This document shows, in pieces, positions 12,831 to 24,201 of a stretch of 64,000 nt of DNA; within the stretch, counting starts at the first letter, position 1, and the number at the start of each line of letters is the position of its first letter. The notes under the pieces were generated by a model, which saw nothing but the letters and a program-made list of their open reading frames with translations, made no database searches and had not been told where the DNA came from. This DNA comes from Mobula hypostoma (lineage: Eukaryota). The translations under genes and the position numbers were made by a program. The stretch covers positions 10,914,001 to 10,978,000 of the forward strand of contig NC_086109.1 in NCBI RefSeq assembly GCF_963921235.1. The letters are read 5' to 3'.

Positions 12831-13839
12831 GGAACGCTATCGGACTGGCAATGGTGATCTTATTTAAAGACACTGCAATTACGAGGGGCAACAGGATTAA
12901 CTCCAGCACCTATTTCTTGTTTTTCTCGTAATGCAGAAGTCCTTTGAGTTTGGCACCGGTGCCTGACGACTGAATGCTAAGCATAACAGCAAGGCCTATC
13001 ATTGTTTGATGTCCAGCGCAGTTCTGCTGTTGGAAAGGGACCTTTTTAAATTGAAATATAAGCTGGACTACTGCTCCTTGCAACTCCATATGAAGCCAAA
13101 CTGTTGGTAAGACACTGGGAAGGATCTGTTAGCTGTGAGCTCCAATAAATAGAAGGTGAATTCGATGGTGTTTTTGACAGACTGAGTTTCAGGAATAGAT
13201 GAGGTATATTTAAGTACCACGTTATATTAGCATGTGATTAGTCATTCAGCAATGCTATAATATGAGTGGGCGCCACTGTGTCCAAGCAGATGAGAGTCCG
13301 GAGATCTCAATCAGAGTTAAAGGGCCAAGTGAATTCTTTGCTTTCACTTATTGTAAGAAATTGATAAAGTTTGCGAGTAAGATCACTGCTTGGGTTCTTA
13401 ATGAGGGGGCTGCCTGTATCCAGCCCAATCAGACAGAAGTGTTCTTTTTGACTTAAGTTAGATGTGTACTGTACTTGTTACTGCAGGAGACGGGTACTGG
13501 AACTTGCCGCAAAGCACAATGGTTCTGATCAAGCTCTTCTGAATGAAGTCGTGGGGTCATAGAGTACCACAGCACTTAAAGGCCCTTCTGCCCATCTAGT
13601 CCATGCCATCCTGGTTGTTTGCCTAGTCCCTTCTACTTGAACCCTAACCATAGTCCTCCATACCTCTCATTCATGTACCTAGAGCATAGTACAGCACAGC
13701 ACAGTACAGGCCCTTTGATACACAATGGTATGCTGATCTTTTAATCTACTCTAAGGTCTATCCAACCCTTTCCTCCCGCATAGCTCTCCATTTTTCTTTC
13801 ATCCATAAGTCTAATGTCACAATTGAAATGCATCTACCA

Positions 13840-13919
13840 CAGGGGTTCCAGACCTGGGGTCCATGGACCTCTTGGTTAATGGTAGGTGTCCATGGCATAA
13901 CAAGGGTTGGGAACCCCTG
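13840..13919. mobile_element. hAT-type MITE (~80 bp); further copies at 17910-17988 and 42401-42481
   Basis: CAGGGGTTCC...GGAACCCCTG terminal inverted repeats. 8-bp TSD ATCTACCA/ATCTTCCA (7/8 match). Confidence 0.75.
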
Positions 13920-14317
13920 ATCTTCCACTTCCTCTTTCAGCTCATTCCACAATCACACAGCCCTCAGATTCCCAGAAAATATTTCACCTTTCACCCTAAA
14001 CCTATGACCTCTAATTGCAGTCTCACTCAACCCGAGGGGAATGATAAACTTCCTTGCTGCAACATCACAGGCACATTAGCATCAAATAAGCAGCATTCAC
14101 ACATAAAACATAAATTATGCGCTGTTTTTACAAGAGAGAGAGCACAATTACAACAACAAAAAAATCAAGTTCATTTCAGTGCAGTGACCATAGTGTTGTT
14201 AAACTGTAGTGATTAGGGTTGTGCCAGTGGGTTCAGGAACCGAATGGTTGAAGGGAAGTAGCTGTTCTTCAACCTGGAGGTGTGGGACTACAGGCTTCTG
14301 TACCTCCTTTCAGCAGG

Positions 14318-14353
14318 AGTCCTGATGAAAGGTATCAGCTCGAAACGTCGATT
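14318..14353 (+). ncRNA. Minimal type I hammerhead ribozyme motif in a Penelope-derived repeat
   Basis: AGTC CTGATGA aaggtatcagctc GAAACGTC GATT. Core intact, stem I AGUC/GAUU, palindromic ACGU stem III, weak stem II. Confidence 0.55.
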
Positions 14354-14913
14354 GTTTATTCCCCTGCCTGACCTGCTGAGTTCCTTTAGCATTTTGTGTG
14401 CGTTGCTCTGGATTTCCAGCATCTGCAGGAACTCTTGTGTTTAACTACCTCCTGCCCGATGATAGCTGCGAGAAGGTGATGTGGCCCGGTTGGTGGGGAT
14501 CTATGATGTTGGATCTGGCCTTCCTGAGGAAGCACCTCCAGTAGATACTGACGATGGGGGGGAGGGATGCGACCATGATGTATTGGGCAGTGCCCATAAC
14601 TCTCTGCAACTTCTTCTGTTCCTGCACATTCAATTGGCTGTTACAGGCCATGATACAAGCAGTGAGAATGCTTTCAGCAGTACTAGAAGTTTGGTAAAGT
14701 CTTCAGTGACGAGCTAAATGTCCTTAACCTTCGAAGGAAGTCATCGTCATCATTATCACTTCTGGATCTCCCTCTGCAACTAGACTTACAAATTAATTTA
14801 CAATAAAGGACTTACTGGATCTCTGAGGTATAGAGGCACCAGTGATAATAAACCAGATTCTGATTCATTAAATTTTCTTTGCTCTTTGTCCAGTTAATGT
14901 TTTACACTAATGT

Positions 14914-15448
14914 GAGCGAGGCCTCCGTAGGTCAGGGTTGACTATGGAAGCTGTATCCTAGCTGTCTAAATACGCAAGCCTGGGCAGCACAATATGGAGA
15001 GCAAACTGTTGCCCATGTAGCAAGCTCCCCCTCTCCACGCACCTGATGAATCCAAAAGAACGGCAAAGACCAATACAGTTTGGCACCAGAGGCATCTCAG
15101 GAGTTGCCAGTCGGCGTTGAACTTAACATAAGACTGTCTTAGGGACTCCAGCTCTGGATTTTTCCCTTGAGGTTTACTCCCAAAACTTTCCCCATAGTCA
15201 CAAGGCAGTGGTGGCTTGAGATCAGTTTTCCTTCTAGATGAGCTGCCAACCTCAGCGGATGTGCCCTATCTGCCCAAAGCCGCAGGTTTTAAGGCGCCAG
15301 TAGCCCGCCTTTGCCCCTTCTCCTGTCAGTAGAAATGTTTCCGCCGGGCTTAGTAGCTAGGCCACACATGAAGTCCAGTACTTGGTGCTGGACAGAAGTT
15401 ATTTGAGACGCATGCCATTGGGAGCATTTAATAGGAAGTGGGAATTTG
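14914..15448 (-). mobile_element. RTE-related non-autonomous retroposon with a 12-bp TSD
   Basis: TTACACTAATGT (14902-14913) and TTATACTAATGT (15449-15460). Shares the gttgcccatg..cccctctccacg..tacag.ttggcaccag segment with the SINE at 50601-50920. No ORF. Confidence 0.6.
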
Positions 15449-15574
15449 TTATACTAATGTAACAAAAGTTAAAACTATCACTTTCCCTTCTCTGTCTCCA
15501 AGTTCTATTCTGAAATGCGGTCAGTTTCCATTTTAGCTACAGATAACTCCAGTTTTAGTTCTAACTGGTTTAGT

Positions 15575-15815
15575 GCGGCATGATAGTAGTTTTTAGCACA
15601 ACACTTTACAGTACAGGTGAGCTGGCTTCAAATCCCGCTGCTGCCCACAGGAGTTTGTACTTTCTCCCCGTGACCGTGTTGGTTTCCTTCCACAGTCCGA
15701 AGATGTACTGGTTGATAGGTTAATTGGTCATTGTAAATCGTCCCCTGATTAGGCTAGGGTTGAATGACGGCATGGTTTGAAGGGGTGGAGGGGCCTATTG
15801 CACACTGTATCTCAA
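15575..15815 (+). mobile_element. tRNA-derived V-SINE (HE1-like); other copies near 11240-11420(-), 30500-30720(-), 31790-32100(+), 37350-37605(-), 40443-40770(+), 41255-41495(+), 49315-49590(+), 61520-61800(-)
   Basis: A-box/B-box-like head (ggcatgatagtag..; ttcaaatccc) followed by the V-domain ggagtttgtac.ttctccccgtgaccg.g.gggtttcc..cccaca.tccaaaga. Confidence 0.75.
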
Positions 15816-17069
15816 TCAATTGATCAATAAATAGATACATACATACAAAGATAAATATATATGCAAAAAATAAATGAAATAAAACACAGAAATCTCAATC
15901 TATTTTTCCGATCCCAACTTGCATTACCAGCCTGCTATTAAATTAAATGAGGTCACAGGCTGTTCAACGTGGAAGCCATTAAGAGTGATGGAGAAAGAGG
16001 AAAGGGGATAAGAGACTACAGTGGAACAGGAAGCAAAACGTGGCTGGTTGCTCTGGATTATATTCCAGCAGTGAATAGATGGTAATTACGTCCCTGTGCA
16101 CAAGGGACAAGGATATGAACAGTACACCATTCCTTAAATGATTCGGAGGGTAACTGGAGACAGGCTACCACAGGTTAAGCCTATTCAGTCTGAACTTAAT
16201 TAAATAAATCTGTGGATTATGAGCAACTGGATGTTCAGAAACAAAGCAAAAATGCAAAACTCATTATTACTTGATGTGAACTACTTTAGTCAAATTAACA
16301 AAGAAAAACTTCATTGAATGTGGATGTAGTCTTTGATTATGATTGAATATCAACACAATGGCCCTAATATAGAAAACAAGAGACTTACACACCATTTAGA
16401 AAGGGGAAATGTTAGACGGAAATTAGAAAATACAATTATTGTAATTGCATCAGCTTTCATGCTAGCATTTGTCCCATCTCCTTGTGGTCAGCTGAATATA
16501 GTTGAAGGAATATCAATGAAGAAATTCCATGGAGCATTTCCGAGAGAAACACAGCCATTCCCCAGGCAAGGACAGGATGTTTACGTGGAGCTCAGTGCTA
16601 TGCTCCATCAGGACTCCACCGCAGCCTATCCTGTGTTATTAAACAATTATCCCGAGCTTGGAACTAAGTTGCATTTTTAAGGCAACATTGAAGGATTTTA
16701 GTGATAGTTTGAAGTTTGGTTTCAGGATGTGGGTATTGACAGTGTTTCTTGGCTATATCCCAATGCCCCTAAGGAGGTGAGCCCCTGCAGTCCATCTGCT
16801 GAAGGTGCCTCCATGTTTCTGTGACAGAGTTATGGAGAGAAACCGAAGGGAAACAGGATCTTTGTCTCACAGTCACCTCATTGACCGTCAAGGTCCTGTT
16901 TTATTCTTCCTATATTCCTACTAAACCCCTCCCCCTGTAGCTTCTTCACAGTTTGCAGAGGATGGTTAACCAAACAAACTGCATGTCTTTAGGATGTGGA
17001 AGGGAACCAGAGAATGCAGGGGAAGCTCACACAGTCACATGGAGACTGTGCAAACTTCACACAGGAGGA

Positions 17070-17505
17070 TAGGGATGCCTTAGAGAGGGTACCGAGGAAA
17101 TTTACCAGAAAGCCGCCTTGATTAGAGAGCCTGTCTTAAGAGGAGCAAGCTAAAACATTTCTCTTTAGAGAGAAGGGGAATGAGAGGTGACTTGATAGAG
17201 GTGTACAAGATGCTAAGAGGCACAGACAGAGTGGACCACCAGAGATTGATCCCAGGGCAGTAATGGCTAATACAAGGGGGCATAATTTTAATGTGATTGG
17301 AGGAAAGTATGGGGGGGTGGATGTCAGAAGTAGTTTATGTACACAGGGCGTGGCGGCTGCTTGGGACACCCTGTCAGAGATGGTCGTAGAGGCAGATACT
17401 TTAGGGACATTTAAAAGCCTCTTAGATAGGGACATGGATGAAAGAAGAAAGATGGATGGCTATGTGGGATGAAAGGATTAAATTGAACTTAGAGTAAATT
17501 AAAAA
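17070..17505 (+). mobile_element. CR1 LINE 3' fragment
   Basis: MRGDLIEVYKMLRG.DRVD..ANTRGHNFNVIGGKY remnant. Confidence 0.75.
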
Positions 17506-18929
17506 TGGAAGGAAAACAGAGAAAACCCACAAAGTAGAGAGAATGTACAAACTCCACGCAGGGTTAGTCCAGGGTCAGGATTGAACCCACTGTCTCGGAG
17601 CTGTAAGGCAGCAACTCTACTATCTGTGCCACTCAGCAGCCCTTCCTTGGCTGGGGGTTCCTAGTGTTTAGACCCAGTGACAATGGGCGAACAGAGGTGC
17701 ATTTCCAAATTGCAGAGCAATTTGGAAGTAGCGGAAATGCTAACGCTCTCTTGTATGCTGTCTCGGTCCTTGGGAGGTGCTGTTGAAAGGCAGTGTCAAA
17801 GGGTCATACAGATTGGAAACAGGCTCCTCGGCCTGAATGTTCCATGCTGATGAAGTTTCTCATCTAATCTGGCCCCATTTCCCCACATTTGGCCCATATC
17901 CCTATAAAGCAGGGGTTCCCAACGTATTGTATGCCATGGACTCCTACATTAACCGAGGGGTCGATGGACCCCAGGTTGGGAACTCCTGTTCTGAACCTTT
18001 CCTATCCATGTACCTGCCTCAAACACTGCCTCTGGCAGCTCTTTCCATATTTTATCACCCTCGAATAAAAAAGTTGCCCTCTTCTTCTTCTTCTTTGTCT
18101 ACTGTCTGATATGCTACTGGTGTTTGGGGCAGCAATGAATGTCCTCAGGCAGGTCTGTATCTCTGCCCCTCATGAGTTGAACACTCACGCTCACCCTTGT
18201 CATCCTGCTGTCTCTATGCTGAGTGTACACACCTCAATGTCTTCCCCGGTTTATTCTCATAATGTGTCCAAAACCGAGCTGATGCTCTCAGTTGTCTTTA
18301 TGGTGCCTTTCCCACCGTACATGGTGGAATATTCAATTTCTTTAGTAATGGGGATGTGTACCTGAGTAAATGTTGTTTGCATACTGTATTTAAGATGGAT
18401 ACTTCTGTTTATTTTGTAATATGATTGTAGCAACATTATGGGGTGCATCATATTCTAATTCATGTGTCATCTCAAGTTAATTAAAGATGACATGTCCCAG
18501 TGCCAAATCAAAGGAGTCCATCACCCTCACTCTGCAAGAGGAATATGGGCTGCCAGGAGTTCAGATTGGACAAGAATGGTATAAGGATGTTATTGTGTTT
18601 TCTGGTAGATATCTTTTTGTAAATATTGGCAGTTTTCTTTTTGTTATTTTCATTAATTTTTGTAAGTTTAATTTGCACCTATTAAACACCCTTGCACTAA
18701 AGTGTTAAGCTACTCCAGCCATTTTTTTTTCCTTTGGTCACGGCCCATGTTTTAACATGTATTATAGCTGCTTCTGTATTTTTCTAGAAGCTTCCTAGTT
18801 TTCCACAGTAGGTGTCACACCACTTGAACCTGGCTATTTTACAGATTAAATGTTAACGCTGGAATGTTGTTTCTGTTCAGTCTGAGTTAGTTTTTGTAGA
18901 GAACACTCACAACTTCTTTGTTATTGCTG

Positions 18930-19420
18930 CTTTCTTCTTTTTCGATCTTTTTATTAGTTTCATAATGATAAACATAATATAGTATTGATACAAAGTTATT
19001 GGGATTACATTGTTGTAACTAACATATTTAAATATAAACCCAGTTGACACACAGGTATTAAACCTCCCAATCATACAGGATACAAATATAATATACAAAA
19101 AAAAATAACATGAAAAGGAAAAAAAAATACACCCCAAAAGAAAAACTAACCTAAACAATGCTAACCAATTAAACTAAAGAAAGAAAAACATGGGCTGTTA
19201 TGTAACATCAAAAAGAAAAGAACCATTAATGTCGTCGACTCTGCTCCTCTCGACATATATTTTAAAAAATAGAACAGGTTTGGAAAAGGTCAAATTACAT
19301 CATATGGAAGTGTTGAATAAATGGCCTCCAAGCCTTTTTGAATTTAATAGAGGGATCATAAATAACACTTCCAATTTTTTCTAAGTTTAAACACAACATA
19401 GTTTGAGAGAACCAATGGAA
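18930..19420 (-). mobile_element. L1-type LINE 3' end
   Basis: Minus strand reads FHWFSQTMLCLNLEKIGSVIYDPSIKFKKAWRPFIQHF* (L1-like C-terminus), then AATAAA and an A-rich tail. TTATTGC at 18921 and 19422 is a possible TSD. Confidence 0.6.
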
Positions 19421-20839
19421 TTTATTGCCTCTTCTTTGTTTTATTTTTGTTCCTGTACACTTATTAAAATGGCCATAAGCAACAAGCTTTATGCCTCATT
19501 CTTGACCTCTGAATTTCTTGATCACAAAAACACCAGGATCCAACAGGGTCTAATTGAAATTTACAAAATTGTGGCACAGTAAGACAGACTGGAAGTGGGG
19601 AGAGGGATTACCATAGCTGGAGTATCTGGACTGAGAGATGGTAGTGCCAGGTAATAAGGTAACAGATTAAGAGAAATTTCTTCACTCAGAGTAAGCTGAA
19701 CATTGGGAATTCACGACCACAGTGGTCCATAATGTATTTCAGAAGGAACAAGATGCATTCGAGAAACAACAGGAGTACAATCTATCTTACTATTTTCAAA
19801 GTTCAAAGTAAATTTTATTATCAAACTACATATGTCACCATATACACCACTGAGATTCATTTTCTTATGGGTAATAGTAATATAGTAACTATAACAGGAT
19901 CAATGAAAGATCAACCAGAGTGCAGAAGACAACAAACTTCAATAAACAGCAATAAATAACGAGAACATGAAATGAAGAGTCTTTGAAAGTGAGTTCGTTG
20001 GTTCTGGGAATATTTCAGTGATGGGGCAAGTGAAGTTGGGAGTAGTTCAGAGGTTCCTTTATTATCAAAGTATACAACTCTGCAATTCTTTTTCTCCAGA
20101 TAACCAAGAAAGAAAACAATTATAGCAGGATTATCAACCCCCAAATCCCCACATCCTGCACAGAAAACATAAACAAAAACAGAACAGGCACATCAACCTA
20201 CCAAATCCCCCTCCCCGGCACACAAAAAAATTAGAAAGATCAGGCAAAAAACACAGAATATAAGAAACTATAAGACTGAATAAAAATCCATGGTCCATGT
20301 CCATATTCCTATCCATATCCAAAATGCAGAAAACCTGGATAACATTCTCCAGGCACAATGGCAGCCTCTCCCCTCTAGGGCAGCAGAGCAATCCCATCAG
20401 GGATAAAACACAGGCAGCCGGCGCTCACTCTCTGCATTCGCCTTGATGTTTCAATCTCCCTCGTCGCTTTAATCCTCTTTTGTTCAAGAGCCTGATGGTT
20501 GAGGGATAGTAGCTGTTCTTGAACCTGGTGATTTAAGTCCTGAGGCTTGAGCACCCTTCTTCCCGATGGCAGCAGAGAAGAGAGGTGGTGGGGATCGCCG
20601 ATGATGGACAGTGTTTCATGTGGATGTGCTCAGTGGATGGTGGAGGGTGGGGGGGGGGGCTGTACCCATGATGCACTGGGACGAATCCAATACTTTTTGT
20701 AGGATTTCCATTCAAGGGCATTGGTGTTTCCATACCAGGCCGTGATGCAGCCAGTCATAATACTGTCCACTACACATCTATAGAAGGTTGTCAATTTTAA
20801 ATACCATGCCGAATATCTGCAAATTCCTAAGGACTATAA

Positions 20840-21155
20840 ACCCAGCATTACAATAAATAATAAACAAGACAATAGGCACAGTGGAGGGTATAGTAGGTTG
20901 GTGTCAGTCCACGCTCTGGGTATTGTGGAGTCTGATGGCTTGGGGGAAGAAACTGTTACATAGTCTGGTCGTGAGAGCCTGAATGCTTTGGTGCCTTTTT
21001 CCAGATGGCAGGAGGGAGAAGAGTTTGTATGAGGGGTGTGTGGGGTCCTTCATAATGCTGTTTGCTTTGAGGATGCAGTGTGTGGTGTAAATGTCTCTAA
21101 TGGCAGGAAGAGAGACCTCGATGATCTTCTCAGCTGACCTCACTATCCGCTGCAG
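20840..21155 (-). mobile_element. Rex1/Babar LINE 3' fragment
   Basis: LQRIVRSAEKII..SLPAIRDIYTT..DPTHPSYKLFSLLPSGKR..TTRLCNSFFPQAIRL. Confidence 0.75.
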
Positions 21156-21159
21156 TGTA

Positions 21160-21670
21160 CTGCACTGCTTCCGCAAAAACAACAAAGGAATTTCATGACC
21201 TATGTGAGTGATGATAAACTTGATTCTGCTATGGGTCTCTATTGTGGACTGAGAGTGGGAAGGGGGCAGGGAGAGGGGAATCATGGTTGGGAAAAGGGGA
21301 AGGGAGAGGGGAGGGAATAAATCAGTTGTTTGGAATCAATTGTGCTTGTCTGGTGCGTCAGGGCTGGGTGTGTCTGCACCTGTGCTACCCCTACTGCCTC
21401 TGGCTCTCCTTCTCTGCCACTTGTCCCACACCCCTCCCATGGCACTCCACCCTTGCCATTCCCAGCATTATTCACTCATGCCTGATTTACAAACTCACCC
21501 TCTGCTCCGTGCTAACATGCACAGTACTGTGCAACAGTCGTAAGCACCCTAGCTATAAATATATACTTACACCTTTTGCACAGTGCTCTATATTTTATGT
21601 ATTGCTCTATACTGCTGCCACAAAACAACAAATTTCATGATTTATGATAATAAACTTGATTCTGATTCTG
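21160..21670 (+). mobile_element. Second, partial copy of the MITE-containing composite repeat (see 49594-50178)
   Basis: Same tail-body-MITE order. Palindromic MITE at 21522-21588, followed by a LINE-type tail ending gattctgattctg. Confidence 0.7.
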
Positions 21671-23347
21671 GTATGAGATGAGAGCGGGGATATGGTGAAT
21701 GACCATGATCGAACAGAACAACCAGCAGGTTCACAGGGTTGAATGGCCCACTGCTGTTCCCATTTCTCAAGTTTCCTTGAAACTCGAGGAATGCTTCCCA
21801 CAGGAGTTGCCCCTGCTGTTCTATAGGATACGCGGCTCCAAGGTCGCAGATACACAAGTCCCACTTGTTAAATGCTCTCTGCCAAAGCTGGTGCAGTTCA
21901 GTGCGATTACATCACTGAACTAGCAACCAGAGTTCTGAAACAATAGTCCATCGAGGAATACAAGTTCAAATCCCACCATGGCCACCTCAAAAATCAAAAA
22001 GAAACCTCAAAGTGAAATTTGTCATCCATGTTAAGTAGATGTTAATGTATACCACCTTGAGATTCATTTTCTTGCAAGTATTTACAGGAAAATAAAGAAA
22101 TACAACAGAATTTATGAAAAACCATGCATAAACAAAGACTAGCAAACAACCAATGTGCAAAAGATGACAAACTGTGCAAATGAATAAAGATAATACTGAG
22201 AGCACAAGTTGCAAAGAGTCGTTGTAAGTGAGTCTGTAGGTCATAGAATCAGTTTGGAGTTGTGGTGAGTGAAGTTATCCACGCCATTTCAGGAGTCTAA
22301 TGGTTGTGGAGTAATAATTGTTCCAGAACCTCATGATGTGGGACCTTCTGCCCAATGGTAGTGGTGAGAAGAGAGCATGGCCTGGATGGTGGGGGACTTA
22401 GATGATCTGACATACAAGTCAGTAAACGGATGTGGAATTGGAGATACTCTCAGTAGCGGTAACTATGAAACTTCTAGTTCTTGCAAAACCTGATCTGGCT
22501 CACTTATGTCCAGCAGGGAAGGAAGCTTGTCACCCCAGTCGAGTCAAGTTTATTGTTGTGTGCACAAGCACAGTGAGGAATAGGGACAATGAAATACTTG
22601 TCTGCAGCAGCGCCACAGGCATGTGCGTTCAGACAATACATAGAGCATATATTCTACATCAATCACACAAGGCAGTGAAGAAAAAGTTCAAAGTTCATAG
22701 TTCAAAGTAAACTTCTTATCAAAGTACAGATATGTCACCATATACAGCTCTGAGATTAATTTTCTTGCAGGCATGCTCAATATATTCAATAACTAGTAAA
22801 ACCAATGAAAGACCACACCAACAAGGTGACAACTATGTGCAAAAGACAACAATGTGTAAATAGAAAAGAGAAAGTAAAAATAAAGCATAAATAAATATTG
22901 AGAACATGAGATGAAGAGTCCTTGAAAGTGAGTCCATAGGTTGTGGTAGCAGTTCAGTGATGGGCGAGTGAAGATGAGTGAAGTTATCCCCTCTGCTTCA
23001 AGAGCCTCATGGTTGAGGGATATTAACTGTTCCTGAACCTGGTGGTGTGAACCCTGAGGCTCCTGAACTTCCTTCCTGATGCCAACAGCAAGAAGACAAG
23101 ATATTACTGCAGAAACAAAAACACAATTGGAAGCAAATCCGAGTTGGTGTAAGAGGTAGCTGTAGTGTTTTGTTGCTGAGGTAGGGTTAGGATTGTGCAG
23201 ATTGATTCAAGAGCCTGATGGTTGTAGAAAAGTAGCTGTTCCTGAACTTTCACGCTCGCTAATGTGCTTGACTCTCAACTTCAGGGTAACATACATCAAA
23301 GTTGCTGGTGAACGCAGCAGGCCAAGCAGCATCTATAGGAAGAGGCG

Positions 23348-23381
23348 CAGTCGACGTTTCAGGCCGAGACCCTTCGTCAGG
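23348..23381 (-). ncRNA. Minimal hammerhead motif (best-preserved core) in a Penelope-derived fragment
   Basis: Minus strand: CTGACGA AGG gtctcgg CCT GAAACGTC GACTG. Core and stem II are intact; the 5' strand of stem I is lost by truncation. Confidence 0.55.
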
Positions 23382-24028
23382 GTAACTTCAGGGTAACTTG
23401 GGTTTGGTGACAAATTCTGGCAGCAATGCCAACTTGCCATGACTGAGTGAAAAAGATACATGAAGGATTCAGGGACCTTATGGATTCCTGTAAGTCTCAT
23501 AGAACAGTAGGGATTGTCTGGTGATCTCTCTCAGTGATGGTGCAACATTTAAAATTGTTGCATATTTGTGTACAATTATGTACCTCTTGAAGTTGGGAGC
23601 TGCCCCCAGAACATCCTCGGATTGGTCATTGACGCAAAACAATGCATTTCATTGTATGTTTCAATATTTCCACGCGCATGTGACAAATAAAACATATCTA
23701 ATCTTTAATCATTAATGTCGCAACCATTGAGCACATCTACATGAAACATTGACATAGAAAAACAGCATCCATCACCAAAGATCCTCACCACCCAGACCAT
23801 TCTCTTTTTTTGCTGCTGCCATCAGGTAGAAGGTGCAGGAGCCTCAGGATTCATACCACCAGGTTCAGGAACAGTTACTACCCCTCAACCATCACGCTCT
23901 TGAACAAAAGGGGATAGCTACACTCATTTAAGGACTCCATTATATTGTTAATTCATGCTCGTTATTTAATGCTATTTATTTACATCTACATTTGCCCAGT
24001 TTGTTTACAGCTAACAGTTCCTGATGTT

Positions 24029-24201
24029 GTTGGTGCGTGGCCAAGTGGTTAAGGCGTTGGACTAGTGATCTGAAGGTTGTGAGTTCGAGCCTCAGCTGAG
24101 GCAACGTGTTGTGTCCTTGAGCAAGGCACTTAATCACACATTGCTCCTGCACGTTTATAGCCCAGCGGCGGCTGTGGTGCAGTATGGACAAGACAAGACA
24201 A
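24029..24201 (+). mobile_element. tRNA-head CORE-like SINE with an (ACAAG)n tail
   Basis: A box GTGGCCAAGTGG, B box GAGTTCGAGCC, core gtgtccttgagcaaggcacttaa. TSD GATGTT at 24023-24028 and 24202-24207. Confidence 0.75.

Noticed and set aside
24032..24100. tRNA gene
   Set aside because: A and B boxes are present, but the sequence continues into a SINE core and tail with a TSD, with no clean cloverleaf or poly-T terminator.
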